Positions 8,177 to 18,838 of a stretch of 64,000 nt of DNA are shown here, in pieces. Each line of letters opens with the position of its first letter. Positions within the stretch are counted from its first letter, which is position 1. The notes beneath the pieces were generated by a model. That model saw nothing but the letters and a program-made list of their open reading frames with translations. It did no database searches and had not been told where the DNA came from. The stretch comes from Lentisphaerota bacterium (GTDB lineage: Bacteria; Verrucomicrobiota; Kiritimatiellia; UBA8416; JAIOPI01). The position numbers were made by a program, and so were the translations under genes. Where the stretch lies: assembly GCA_021413965.1 (NCBI GenBank), contig JAIOPI010000013.1:34719-98718 (forward strand), written 5' to 3'.

Positions 8177-9958
8177 CTACTCCAGGACCGCCCGGATGCG
8201 GCGAACACCGGCGCTGGACGACTCTTCCTTCACGATCCGGAAGTGCCCCAGCTCGCCCGTATTGGACACGTGCGGCCCCCCGCACACTTCGAGCGAGAAG
8301 TCGCCCATCTGGTAAACCTTCACCTGCTCGCCGTACTTCGCGCTGAATAACGCCATGGCGCCCTTCTCGCGCGCGTCCTCCACCGTCATCACGTTCATCG
8401 AGACCTCCAACCGCCGTTGAATGGCCTGGTTGACGAGGTCCTCGACCTGCTTGATCTGCTCCGGCGTCATCTTGTCCGTGTGCGCAAAATCGAAGCGCAG
8501 CCGCTCGGCTGTGATGTTCGAGCCCTTCTGCTTCACATGGTCTCCGAGCACCATCTGCAGGCTCTTGTGCAGCAGATGCGTCGCGGTGTGCAGGCGCGTG
8601 GTTGTCTCGGAGTTGTCCGCCAGCCCACCCTTGAACAACTGGTCGGCACCTTGCCGGGAGACGTCGCGGTGCTGCTCGAACGCCTTGTCAAAGGCGGCCC
8701 GGTCCACGGAGACCCCCTGCTCGCGGCAGATTTCCTCCGTGAACTCCAGCGGGAATCCGCACGTGTCGTACAGCCGGAAGGCCACGCGGCCCGACAGTGA
8801 CGTCTGGCCATGCGCCTTGAGATTCTGCAGAACCTTGTCGAGCTCCGCCGTGCCGCGGTCGAGCGTCTTCTCGAACTTCCCTTCCTCCACCCCCAGTTCC
8901 GTGACGATGAACTCACGACGTGCGGCCAGATCAGGATAGACGTGCTTGTAATTATCAACCACGCTTTCCGCCAGCGGCTTCAGGAACCCTTCCTTGAGCC
9001 CCAGCTGCCGCGCGAAGCGCACGGCGCGGCGGATCAGGCGGCGCAACACGTAGCCCTGCCCCAGATTCCCGGGAACCACGCCGCGTTCATCGCCGAGGAC
9101 AAACACCGCGCTGCGCACGTGATCCGCGATCACGCGGGAGGCCTTCACCGTCTCGGCACTCTCATCGAGCCGGCGCGATGCACCCTCCGCGATGGCGGCC
9201 ATGATCGGCGCAAATAACTCCGTCTCGTACACCGACGTCCGGCCCTGCAGCATCGTCACCGTCCGCTCAACACCCATGCCCGTGTCCACGTTGCTCTGGC
9301 GCAGGGCCGCAAACGTGCCGTCGTCCTTCTTCTCGTACTGCATGAAGACGTCGTTCCAGATCTCGAAAAACCGCCCCCCGCCCTGCCCCGGACGCCCGGC
9401 CCCCTCACCGGGGCGCGTGTCGATGAACATCTCCGTGTCCGGCCCGCAGGGACCCGTCTTCCCCGCCGGCCCCCACCAGTTGTCGTCCACCGGCAGGGCA
9501 TAAATGCGCTCGGCGGGAATGCCCAGCTTGCGCCAGATCGCGATCGATTGCTCGTCGCGTGGCACCTCCGCATTGCCCTCAAACACGGTCACGTGCAACT
9601 GGTCGGGACGAAAGCCGAGATACTGCCGCGAGGTGAGAAACTCGAATGACCAGGCGATCGCCTCCTCCTTGAAGTAATCCCCCAGCGACCAGTTGCCCAT
9701 CATCTCAAAAAACGTCAGGTGTGACGCGTCCCCCACGGTATCGATATCGCCCGTGCGAATGCACTTTTGGACGTTGCACAGGCGCTTGCCGGCGGGATGC
9801 GGCTCGCCCAGCAAATACGGCACCAGCGGATGCATCCCGGCCGTGGTGAAAAGCACGGTGGGATCGTTCTCGGGGATCAGTGAAGCCCCCGAAATCACCG
9901 TGTGCCCCTTGCTCTTGAAGAAGCCCAGGTACATCTCGCGCAGTTCGTTTGCGGTCAT
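8177..9958 (-). CDS. alaS: Alanine--tRNA ligase, short (593 aa) form lacking the C-Ala domain
   Basis: N-terminus MTANELREMYLGFFKSKGHTVISGASLIP..DPTVLFTTAGM, motif 3 DTGMGVERT, and editing-site motifs HTATHLLH and CGGPHV. The protein ends right after the editing domain (AGVRRIRAVLE). Confidence 0.9.
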   Translation of the reverse strand: MTANELREMYLGFFKSKGHTVISGASLIPENDPTVLFTTAGMHPLVPYLLGEPHPAGKRLCNVQKCIRTGDIDTVGDASHLTFFEMMGNWSLGDYFKEEAIAWSFEFLTSRQYLGFRPDQLHVTVFEGNAEVPRDEQSIAIWRKLGIPAERIYALPVDDNWWGPAGKTGPCGPDTEMFIDTRPGEGAGRPGQGGGRFFEIWNDVFMQYEKKDDGTFAALRQSNVDTGMGVERTVTMLQGRTSVYETELFAPIMAAIAEGASRRLDESAETVKASRVIADHVRSAVFVLGDERGVVPGNLGQGYVLRRLIRRAVRFARQLGLKEGFLKPLAESVVDNYKHVYPDLAARREFIVTELGVEEGKFEKTLDRGTAELDKVLQNLKAHGQTSLSGRVAFRLYDTCGFPLEFTEEICREQGVSVDRAAFDKAFEQHRDVSRQGADQLFKGGLADNSETTTRLHTATHLLHKSLQMVLGDHVKQKGSNITAERLRFDFAHTDKMTPEQIKQVEDLVNQAIQRRLEVSMNVMTVEDAREKGAMALFSAKYGEQVKVYQMGDFSLEVCGGPHVSNTGELGHFRIVKEESSSAGVRRIRAVLE

Positions 9959-9990
9959 CGTCCTACCCTCTGCCTGTGTTCATGACATGC

Positions 9991-10020
9991 GCGGGCCCCG
10001 GCCGTGCCGGCCGAGCCCGC
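9991..10020 (-). terminator. GC-rich hairpin downstream of recA (possible terminator)
   Basis: GCGGGC-cc-CGGCC [5-nt loop] GGCCG-a-GCCCGC, 28 nt beyond the recA stop. No U-tract follows, so termination is uncertain. Confidence 0.3.
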
Positions 10021-10047
10021 AACCTGGTGATCCGTCCCGAGCGGCCC

Positions 10048-11076
<1,029 letters not shown>

Positions 11077-11111
11077 GCTGATCTCCTTGGCGGACCGACC
11101 GCCGCCGTTAT

Positions 11112-11600
11112 TCAGGCCCACTGCTGCAAACACGTCATCAACAAATCCAAGGCGGCATCGACGGCCGCCTCGCGTACCGCGGCCCGGTCGCCCGCCAGGC
11201 GGACGGCCCGCACCTCGCACGTCCGGCCGCGACTCACCGCCACGAACACCAGCCCCACCGGCTTCGCCGCCGTCCCGCCGTCCGGCCCTGCCACGCCCGT
11301 AACGCCAACCCCCACATCGGCCCCGAGAGCCGCCGCCACGCCCCGGGCCATCGCCTCGGCCACGGTCGCGCTCACCGCCCCCTCGGCCTCAATCGCGCCC
11401 GGCGCCACGCCCAGCAGGCGCTCCTTGACGTCGTTGGCGTAGGCGATAATACCACCGCGAAAGTAGCGGGAGCTGCCCGCAACGGCGGTCAGCCGTCCGC
11501 CCAGGAGGCCCCCGGTGCACGACTCCGCCACGGCCACCGTCCACCCCCGGCCGCTCAACTCCCGCCCGACGAGCGCGCTGCGATCAGCGTCCATAGCCAT
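11112..11600 (-). CDS. cinA: CinA C-terminal domain protein / nicotinamide-nucleotide amidohydrolase (PncC-type)
   Basis: [38 protein letters not shown] is the CinA/PncC signature. It lies directly upstream of recA, the classic cinA-recA arrangement. There is no N-terminal MoCF-type domain. Confidence 0.8.
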   Translation of the reverse strand: MAMDADRSALVGRELSGRGWTVAVAESCTGGLLGGRLTAVAGSSRYFRGGIIAYANDVKERLLGVAPGAIEAEGAVSATVAEAMARGVAAALGADVGVGVTGVAGPDGGTAAKPVGLVFVAVSRGRTCEVRAVRLAGDRAAVREAAVDAALDLLMTCLQQWA

Positions 11601-12555
11601 GCGGGTGCCGCTGGTGCCAGGCCCACGCGCTGGCCACAATGGCCCGCAAATCCGTGTACGACGGCGTCCACTTCAGCACGTCCCGTGCCTTGTCGGCCGC
11701 GGCAATCAGCCTCGCCGGATCGCCCGGACGCCGCGGCAGGATGCGCGCCGGAATCGGACGCCCCGTGACCGCCCGTGCCGTCTCCACGACTTCCTTGACC
11801 GAAAACCCGCTGCCGGTGCCCAGGTTGAAGGGGCCCGTGGCCTCGCTCGTCAACGCGCACAGATGCGCGCGGGCAAGGTCCACGATGTGGATGTAGTCCC
11901 GCAGGCAGGTCCCGTCCGGCGTGTCGTAGTCGTCGCCGAAAATGCCGACCTCGGCGCGCTGCCCCAGCGCCGTCTGCAGCACGATGGGAATGAGGTGCGA
12001 TTCGGGCGTGTGATCCTCCCCCAGCCGCTCCGTCGCCCCGCACGCATTGAAGTAGCGCAGGTAGGTCGCCCGCATCCCGTGCAGTTCGCGGTACCACCCC
12101 AGCACCTTCTCGAACATGAGCTTGGACTCGCCGTAAGGATTCGTCGGCCGCTGCGGCGTGTCCTCGCGAATCGGCACCGTGTCCGGCTGGCCGTAGGTCG
12201 CGCAGGTCGATGAAAACACGATTCGCCCCACGTCGCAGGCCAGCATCGCTTCCGCCAGGTTGACGCCGCCAACCAGGTTGTTGCGGAAATACCGCTCCGG
12301 CTTCTCCATCGACTCGCCCACCAGCGCGTACGCCGCAAAGTGCATGACCGCGTCAGGACGCACCTCGCGCATCGCCCCGAGGATCGACTCCGGCTGCCGC
12401 AGGTCGCCCTCAATCAGACGCGCCCGCGGATCAATGGCGTCCCGATGGCCGTATTCCAGGTTATCGAATACCGTGACCTCATGCCCTTCGTTGAGCAGGA
12501 GCTCTCCCGTGATGCTGCCGATGTAGCCCGCGCCGCCGGTTACTAAGACCTTCAT
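11584..12555 (-). CDS. galE: UDP-glucose 4-epimerase
   Basis: MKVLVTGGAGYIGS Rossmann motif, catalytic YGESK, and GalE-like sequence throughout. 4-nt overlap with the lpxD stop. Confidence 0.85.
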   Translation of the reverse strand: MKVLVTGGAGYIGSITGELLLNEGHEVTVFDNLEYGHRDAIDPRARLIEGDLRQPESILGAMREVRPDAVMHFAAYALVGESMEKPERYFRNNLVGGVNLAEAMLACDVGRIVFSSTCATYGQPDTVPIREDTPQRPTNPYGESKLMFEKVLGWYRELHGMRATYLRYFNACGATERLGEDHTPESHLIPIVLQTALGQRAEVGIFGDDYDTPDGTCLRDYIHIVDLARAHLCALTSEATGPFNLGTGSGFSVKEVVETARAVTGRPIPARILPRRPGDPARLIAAADKARDVLKWTPSYTDLRAIVASAWAWHQRHPHGYGR

Positions 12556-13616
12556 GTCGCTCCTGAGTCGCCGCCCGGGCGTCCCGCTTCAAGCTGCGCC
12601 AGCCGGCGCTCCATCTCCATCACCCGCTTCTTCAATTCCGGCAACCGGTTCGTGTGGGCCCGGATGTCGCTGAACTTGTCCATCGGCATCGCCGGCGTGC
12701 CGAACACAAACGCGCCCGGCGGCACCGTCTTGCTGATGCCGGCCTGGGCGCCCACGATGGCGCCGTCGCCGATCTTTAAGTGGCCGGCAATGCCCGCCTG
12801 CCCCCCCAGCTGCACATGCGCACCAATGATCGCGCTGCCCGAAATCCCCACCTGGGAGGCCATCGCCGAATGCTCACCCACTTGCACGTTGTGGGCAATC
12901 TGCACCAGGTTGTCAATCTTGACCCCGCGGCCGATGACCGTCTTGCCGAAGCGCGCACGATCCACCGTCACGTTGGCCCCAAGTTCCACGTCGTCGCCGA
13001 TCTCGACCGTGCCCAGCTGGGGGATCTTGATCCACCGGCCGCCGTCCGGCGCATAGCCGAATCCATCGCTGCCGACCACGGCCCCATTGTGGATGATGAC
13101 CCGGTCCCCGATGCGCGTGCGCTCGCGAATGCTCACCAGCGGATAGAAGCGGCAGTCCGCGCCGATGGTGGTGTCATGGCCCACGTAGCCATGTGCGCCG
13201 ATCGCCGTGCGCGCACCAACCACGACGCCCGCCTCCAGCACGCAAAACGGCCCGATGCTTACCTGCTCCCCCAGGCGCACCCCGTCGGCCACGACCGCCG
13301 TCGGATGCACGCCAGGCGGCGGCACGGGAGGCGGCGGCGTCATGAACACGGCCGCATGAATGAAGGCGCGGTCCGGGTTGGCCACCCGGATCAAGGCGCC
13401 CGGGCAGGGCCCCGTCCAGTCCTTCGCCACCATCACCGCCGACGCCTGGGTCTCGGCGGCCAGCGCCGCATACTTCGGGTTCGCCAGAAAGGACAGATCG
13501 CCCGGCCGCGCGTCCGCCAGCGCCGCCAGCCCGCTAACGCGGATGGCGCCATCCCCCTCCACGGTCCCGCCCACGGCCGCGGCCACATCCTTGAGCATCA
13601 CCCCATCGGTTCCCAC
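12552..13616 (-). CDS. lpxD: UDP-3-O-acylglucosamine N-acyltransferase
   Basis: N-terminal LpxD domain (LSFLANPKY), a long left-handed beta-helix of hexapeptide repeats, and a C-terminal helical tail. Confidence 0.9.
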   Translation of the reverse strand: MGTDGVMLKDVAAAVGGTVEGDGAIRVSGLAALADARPGDLSFLANPKYAALAAETQASAVMVAKDWTGPCPGALIRVANPDRAFIHAAVFMTPPPPVPPPGVHPTAVVADGVRLGEQVSIGPFCVLEAGVVVGARTAIGAHGYVGHDTTIGADCRFYPLVSIRERTRIGDRVIIHNGAVVGSDGFGYAPDGGRWIKIPQLGTVEIGDDVELGANVTVDRARFGKTVIGRGVKIDNLVQIAHNVQVGEHSAMASQVGISGSAIIGAHVQLGGQAGIAGHLKIGDGAIVGAQAGISKTVPPGAFVFGTPAMPMDKFSDIRAHTNRLPELKKRVMEMERRLAQLEAGRPGGDSGAT

Positions 13617-13631
13617 AACGCCGTCCTTTCC

Positions 13632-14210
13632 TCAGGGATTCGCCGGCTTGACGATTATCTTGAGAATGTCGTCCGTGATATCCGTCTTGTCCGCATGATA
13701 CAAGACCGTGCCGAACGCGCTGATCCCCGCATCCTCGGCATTGAGCACCACCGTGTACCCCTCGTCATCGGCATACGTCTTGATGACGGTCCGAATCTTC
13801 TCGACGATGCGCTCCCGCAGCCGCCGGCCGTGGTCGTTCAATTCCTTCTGGCGCTGCCCCTGCAGGTCCTGCAGGTCGCGCTCATAGTCCCGCAGGTCAA
13901 CGTACTTCTCCTGCGCGGCCTTGACCTTCGTGGCGCGGGCCTCTTCGCTCAGCGCGGCATTGTCCGCTTCGTCGCGGGCGTCCTCGAACGCCTTCTTGCG
14001 CTTCTCGCGCTCCTCCATCATGCTCTTGCGCTCGGACTCGAACTCCTGGCGCTGCTTCTCCAGAATCGTCTCCGCCGGCGTGGTGTCCGGATGCGCCCTC
14101 AGCAGCTGCTCCAGCTTCACCACGGCAATCCGATCCGCCGCCGCGCGCGCGTTCAGCGCCATCGCGGACGCCATCAGCAACCCCAGCCCCCAAGCTCGTA
14201 ATGCCCTCAT
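13632..14210 (-). CDS. skp: Periplasmic chaperone Skp/OmpH family
   Basis: The signal peptide starts at ATG 14210 (MRALRAWGLGLLMASAMALNARA, with GGAGG 10 nt upstream). The body is charged coiled-coil sequence, and it sits between bamA and lpxD as in many Gram-negatives. Confidence 0.8.
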   Translation of the reverse strand: MRALRAWGLGLLMASAMALNARAAADRIAVVKLEQLLRAHPDTTPAETILEKQRQEFESERKSMMEEREKRKKAFEDARDEADNAALSEEARATKVKAAQEKYVDLRDYERDLQDLQGQRQKELNDHGRRLRERIVEKIRTVIKTYADDEGYTVVLNAEDAGISAFGTVLYHADKTDITDDILKIIVKPANP

Positions 14211-14255
14211 GCTGCTCTGTCCTCCTTGCGCCGCGCCTCGCGGCGCCGCCATGCG

Positions 14256-16598
14256 TTATTCAAAGCCAATCCAGAACGTCCACGAATCGGTCCGCGTCAG
14301 ATCGTTGTCCTTCTCAATCGACCAGGCCCGGTCGATACGGATGGGGAACCCGGGCAGATCGAAGCGAATCCCGACGCCCGCGCCGCTGGCGAGCGTGTCA
14401 AAGTCAAACTCGTACGGGTCCTGCCAGACATTGCCAATGTCATAGAAAGTGGCGAGCCGCAGCGCCGACACGATCGGGATCGAGTACTCGGCGCTCGCCA
14501 GGCCCAGGCTCTGACCGCCGACCGGCCGCGTGATCAGGTCGCCGTCTTCCGGATCGACACGGCTCACCTTGGGCCCGACATTGCGGTACTTGTACCCGCG
14601 CACCGTCCGCCCGCCACCCATGAAAAGCCGGTCGCTGATGTTCACTTCATCGCCGCCGTAGCCATCCACCACCTGCCAGCGCGTCCGCAGGCTGAGCACG
14701 TGCTTGAACCAGAGCGGCTGGTAATGCGTGGCCGACCCGGTCAGCTCATAATTCTCCGTGTCGAACCCCAGCGGGCCGCCCGACACGTCCGCCCCGATGC
14801 TCGCGCGATCGCCCCGCGTGGGCACGAACGGATTGTTGCGCGTGTCGTGGGTCAGCGTGACGCCCAGGCTGCTCTTCACGTTGTTGTCCACTTCGGTGAA
14901 ATAGTAGGACTGGCTCGGATCATCCACGTAGAAGTACTCGTTCGTGTCATCCACGTTGTTCACGTTCCGCTGCTCGATCCGATACTGGAACTGGATCCGG
15001 TTGGGGCCCGGCAGCGCCTTGCCCAGGCTCACCGCGGCCCCGAGCCGCGACTCATCGTAATCGGAGTAGTTGACGTCCGTGCGATACAGGTCCACGCCGA
15101 GCGACAGCTTGCGGTTGAGAAACCACGGCTCGACGAACGAGATCTGATACTCGTCGCGCTTGGAGCCCACCTGGGCCCGCGCCTTGATCTTCTGGCCGCC
15201 GCCCGTGAACGGCCAGTGGCTGATGTCGAAGTTGCCCTGCGAAATCTCCGTGAAGCCGATCAGCTGGTCCACGCTGGAAAACCCGGCGCCGACCATGAAC
15301 TGCCCCGTGCGCTTCTCCTCAAGCGTGAAGGCCAGATCCTTCTCATCCGGAATGCGCGTGTCGAGCGGATCGCTGCGCACCGTGCTGAAATAGCCCAGGT
15401 TGTTCAGCACCCGCTCGCTCTGCCGAACCTTGACCTCGTTGTAGATCTCGCCGGGATAGACCAGCACTTCGCGCCGGATCACCTTGTCCTTCGTGCGCGT
15501 GTTGCCGCGGATCATGATGTTGCGGATCTTGGTGAGGTGCCCTTCCGTGATGGAGTAGGTCACGTCCACCGTGGCATTCGTGGGGTTCGTGGCCAGCCGC
15601 GGACGCACGCTGGTCTGAATGTAGCCGCGCGCCCCGAAGTAATCCCGCAGCGTGCCGGACTGCTGGCGGATCGTCTCCTCGGACGCCAGGTCCCCGGGCT
15701 TGTACTTGAGCAGCCCGGGGAAATTCTCCTGCGGGAACACGGCCAGACCGCTGCCGCCAACCGTCACCCGCCCGAGGTGATACTGCACGCCCTCGATGAC
15801 CTGGAAAATAAGCTGAACCTGCCCCTCGGCATCACGCTCCACTGCCGGCGTCGCCACATCGACATCCAGGTAACCGCGATTCCGGTACTCCTTCACCAGC
15901 GACTCGCGCAGCTCCTCGAGCTGCTGGGGATCGTAGTGCACGCGCTTGAACCAGGAGAACGGGTTGTACCAGGTCACCGGGCGCACGACGTGCTTCAGCT
16001 CCCGGTCCGAGATTCCCTTGTTGCCATCAAACTGCAGGCGGCGCACCTTGGCCCGCTTGCCCTCATGGACCGTCAGATTGACCTGCGCCAGTCCCTGCGT
16101 CGTATCCGTCGGGAGCAAGACCCAGGCGGTCTCCACGTCGGGATAGAAATCCTCGCGATACTCGCGCTGCACCTTCTTGACCCCCGCCGCCACGGATTGC
16201 TCATCCACCATGTCGCCCGGGTGCAGGTCGAGAAAATCACGAATCTTGGAGATGCGAAAGTGATCGACGCCCTTGACGTCCACCGGCCCCGCCAGCTTCC
16301 ACTTCGGCCGCACCGTGTAGATCAGCCGCACGCCGTTTGGCAGCGGCTCGGCCGTCACCGAGGCGTCCGTGAAACGGCCCGAATCGATGAGCTTGCGCAC
16401 ATCGCCCGACACACGCTGACGGTCCAGATCGTCCCCCACCCGCAGCGACGTGTAGGCCGTGACCAGGCTGGTGTCAATCTCGCCGGGACCGGCGTTCGTG
16501 ACGACAATGTCGCGCACGCGCGACTCGCCCGCGGCCCACGACGCCGACACCGCCCCCAACAGTCCCAGCACGTAAAGCAGTCGAATTCGGCTCTTCAT
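14256..16598 (-). CDS. bamA: Outer membrane protein assembly factor BamA
   Basis: 780 aa with a signal peptide, POTRA-like repeats and a C-terminal beta-barrel (GVGIRFDLPGFPIRIDRAW...WTFWIGFE). Confidence 0.9.
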   Translation of the reverse strand: MKSRIRLLYVLGLLGAVSASWAAGESRVRDIVVTNAGPGEIDTSLVTAYTSLRVGDDLDRQRVSGDVRKLIDSGRFTDASVTAEPLPNGVRLIYTVRPKWKLAGPVDVKGVDHFRISKIRDFLDLHPGDMVDEQSVAAGVKKVQREYREDFYPDVETAWVLLPTDTTQGLAQVNLTVHEGKRAKVRRLQFDGNKGISDRELKHVVRPVTWYNPFSWFKRVHYDPQQLEELRESLVKEYRNRGYLDVDVATPAVERDAEGQVQLIFQVIEGVQYHLGRVTVGGSGLAVFPQENFPGLLKYKPGDLASEETIRQQSGTLRDYFGARGYIQTSVRPRLATNPTNATVDVTYSITEGHLTKIRNIMIRGNTRTKDKVIRREVLVYPGEIYNEVKVRQSERVLNNLGYFSTVRSDPLDTRIPDEKDLAFTLEEKRTGQFMVGAGFSSVDQLIGFTEISQGNFDISHWPFTGGGQKIKARAQVGSKRDEYQISFVEPWFLNRKLSLGVDLYRTDVNYSDYDESRLGAAVSLGKALPGPNRIQFQYRIEQRNVNNVDDTNEYFYVDDPSQSYYFTEVDNNVKSSLGVTLTHDTRNNPFVPTRGDRASIGADVSGGPLGFDTENYELTGSATHYQPLWFKHVLSLRTRWQVVDGYGGDEVNISDRLFMGGGRTVRGYKYRNVGPKVSRVDPEDGDLITRPVGGQSLGLASAEYSIPIVSALRLATFYDIGNVWQDPYEFDFDTLASGAGVGIRFDLPGFPIRIDRAWSIEKDNDLTRTDSWTFWIGFE

Positions 16599-18043
16599 GC
16601 GCCCTGGCCCTCCACGGCGCCTGAAAAGGGCTCCAGCGCCTCGGCTCCGTCCACCCCCCGCGCGCGATCCGAAAAGCGGGTATACTCATCCTCGAAATTC
16701 AGCTGCACTTCCCCGGTCGGCCCGTTCCGGTGCTTGGCCACTTCCACAATCGCCAGCGACCGGTCCTCATGCTCCGGATCGTCCTCGTACTTGCAGGGCC
16801 GGCGCAACATGCAGACCACGTCCGCGTCCTGCTCAATGGCCCCCGAATCGCGCAGGTCCGAGAGCTTCGGCTTCCCGAGCTTGTCCCGCTGCTCCGGCGC
16901 CCGGCTGAGCTGGCTCAGCACAATCACCGGAACCTTCAACTCCTTGGCCATCGCCTTGAGATTGCCCGACACGTGCGCCGTTTCGATCTGGCGCCCCTGC
17001 CGCGCGTAATCCCGCGAGTGCAGCATCTGCAGGTAGTCGATCACGATCATCTCGACGCCGTAGCGCTTGCGCATCCGCCGCGCCCGCGCCCGAAGTTCCA
17101 TGATATCCAATCCGCCGGTGTCATCCAGATAGATCGGCGCCTTCATCAGCACCGACGCCGCCGTCGTCAGCTTGCGGTGCGCCTGCCCCGCCGCAATCAT
17201 GCCGCGCGCCAGCTCGAAGGACGGCACGCCGGCGTGGGAACACAGCATGCGCAACACCAGCGCCTCGTACGACATTTCCAGGCTGAAGATACCCACCGGG
17301 CGAGCCATGCGATCCGGGTCATTCTTACCCAGCGCCACGTTCTCCGCAATGTTCATGGCCAGCGATGTCTTGCCCATCGACGGGCGCGCCGCGATGACAA
17401 TCATCTCACCCACGCGCAGCCCCTGCAGCATGGCGTCCAGGTTCAGGAAACCCGAGGAAAGCCCCGTCAGGCCGCGGTGCATGTGCAGCACGCGCTCGAT
17501 GTGGTCCATCGTCCCCTTGACCGCTTCCGGCCAGGGCACGTTGTCCCCGTGGCGACCTTCCGTGATGTCGAGAAACGCCTGCTCGGCGCGGCTGAGCACC
17601 AGGTCGGCCCCATCCTCCGCCTCGTATGCTTCCTGCTCCGTCCGCCGCGCGCAGTCGATCACCAGCCGCAGCAGATGCTTCTGCCGCACGATGTCGATGT
17701 AGTAGTCCGCGTGGGCCGCGGTGGGGGTGGAATCGATCAGCCGGTCCAGCGCCGTGGCGCCGCCCACCTGCTCGAGCCGCCCCAGGGTTTGCAGGCGCTC
17801 CGTGGCCGTCAGCACGTCGATCACGCCGCCCTGCTGGTGCATGTCCACCAGGGCTTCGTAGATCATGCGGTGCGCGGGAACGTGGAAGGACTCCGGCACC
17901 AGCTGGGCCGTGATGCACAGGTCCATGACCCGCGACGCGTCCAGCAGGACCGACCCCAGCACCCCGCGCTCCGCCTCTTCGCTGCAAGGAGGCAACCGAT
18001 CCGAGCGGCGTCCGGAGCCTGACGAGCCTGGATCGGGGGCCAT
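16595..18043 (-). CDS. dnaB: Replicative DNA helicase DnaB
   Basis: PPCSEEAERGVLGSVLLD N-terminal motif, Walker A AARPSMGKTSLAMN, and DYLQ...SQLSR motifs. The start is probably ATG 18043, 5 nt after the rplI stop. The stop overlaps the bamA ATG (ATGA). Confidence 0.9.
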   Translation of the reverse strand: MAPDPGSSGSGRRSDRLPPCSEEAERGVLGSVLLDASRVMDLCITAQLVPESFHVPAHRMIYEALVDMHQQGGVIDVLTATERLQTLGRLEQVGGATALDRLIDSTPTAAHADYYIDIVRQKHLLRLVIDCARRTEQEAYEAEDGADLVLSRAEQAFLDITEGRHGDNVPWPEAVKGTMDHIERVLHMHRGLTGLSSGFLNLDAMLQGLRVGEMIVIAARPSMGKTSLAMNIAENVALGKNDPDRMARPVGIFSLEMSYEALVLRMLCSHAGVPSFELARGMIAAGQAHRKLTTAASVLMKAPIYLDDTGGLDIMELRARARRMRKRYGVEMIVIDYLQMLHSRDYARQGRQIETAHVSGNLKAMAKELKVPVIVLSQLSRAPEQRDKLGKPKLSDLRDSGAIEQDADVVCMLRRPCKYEDDPEHEDRSLAIVEVAKHRNGPTGEVQLNFEDEYTRFSDRARGVDGAEALEPFSGAVEGQGA

Positions 18044-18048
18044 GTCGC

Positions 18049-18498
18049 CTATTCCTCGACGACCCACACCTTGAGCGTGGCCTGCACCTCGGCGCTGATT
18101 TTCACCGGAACGTTGAAGATGCCCAGGGCCTTGAGCGGCTGCTCGAGCAGGATGTTGCTCTTGTCGATCGTCACGCCCAGCTTCTTGAGCGCATCGGCAA
18201 TGTCGCCGGCCGTGACCGAGCCGTAAAGCTTCTGGTCCGCCTGCGCCTTCACCGCAATCGTGCAGGACAGCGCGCCCAGGCGCCCGGCCAGGGCCTGCGC
18301 CGCCTCGAGGTCGCGCGTACGCTCAACCTGCCGCTGCTCCTGGAGCTTGGCCAGCCGCCGCCGCGTCGCCGGGCTCACCGAAGCCGCCAGCTTGCGTGGC
18401 AGCAGGAAGTTGCGCGCAAACCCTTCCGATACGCGCACCACGTCCCCCGCCGCTCCCACATCCTTCACATCCGCCATCAACAGTACTTCGGTCGCCAT
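18049..18498 (-). CDS. rplI: 50S ribosomal protein L9
   Basis: VLLMADVKDVGAAGDVVRVSEGFARNFLLPRKLA is the canonical L9 N-terminus. Confidence 0.9.
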   Translation of the reverse strand: MATEVLLMADVKDVGAAGDVVRVSEGFARNFLLPRKLAASVSPATRRRLAKLQEQRQVERTRDLEAAQALAGRLGALSCTIAVKAQADQKLYGSVTAGDIADALKKLGVTIDKSNILLEQPLKALGIFNVPVKISAEVQATLKVWVVEE

Positions 18499-18514
18499 CG
18501 TGCTCCCCCTTAAA

Positions 18515-18766
18515 TCAGGCGATCAGACCCATGACGCGTGCGCGCCGGATGCCGATCTTGATCTGCCGTTGATGCTTGGCCGAGGCCCCCGTCAAACGCG
18601 AAGGAATGATCTTGCCGTGCTCGGTGACAAACTGACGCAGGAACTCGAAATCGTTCACGTCGATCGTCTTCACGCCTTCCAAGAAGCGCGAACGCTTGCG
18701 CGGCAACTCTTCGCGCCGATTCCGCCGCCCCTTCGGTTCCCGTTCGATCTTTTCTTTACGCGCCAT
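18515..18766 (-). CDS. rpsR: 30S ribosomal protein S18
   Basis: From ATG 18766: MARKEKIEREPKGRR...IDVNDFEFLRQFVTEHGKIIPSRLTGASAKHQRQIKIGIRRARVMGLI. Confidence 0.9.
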   Translation of the reverse strand: MARKEKIEREPKGRRNRREELPRKRSRFLEGVKTIDVNDFEFLRQFVTEHGKIIPSRLTGASAKHQRQIKIGIRRARVMGLIA

Positions 18767-18838
18767 GATATCCTTCCAACCTCTCTGACTGACCGCGCGC
18801 ATCCCGCCGGGACACCGCACGGACTCCTGCCGATCGAC

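Noticed and set aside
14226-17009. 927-aa plus-strand ORF. Similar long ORFs occur at 9949..11442, 12780..14201, 16730..18022, 18260..19483, 20814..22499, 43561..44982, 46709..48142, 60781..62172 and 61896..63026
   Set aside because: All are mirror-strand ORFs of well-supported genes (bamA, dnaB, recA, lpxD, prs and others). They have no motifs or SDs and an extreme Arg/Pro/His bias.
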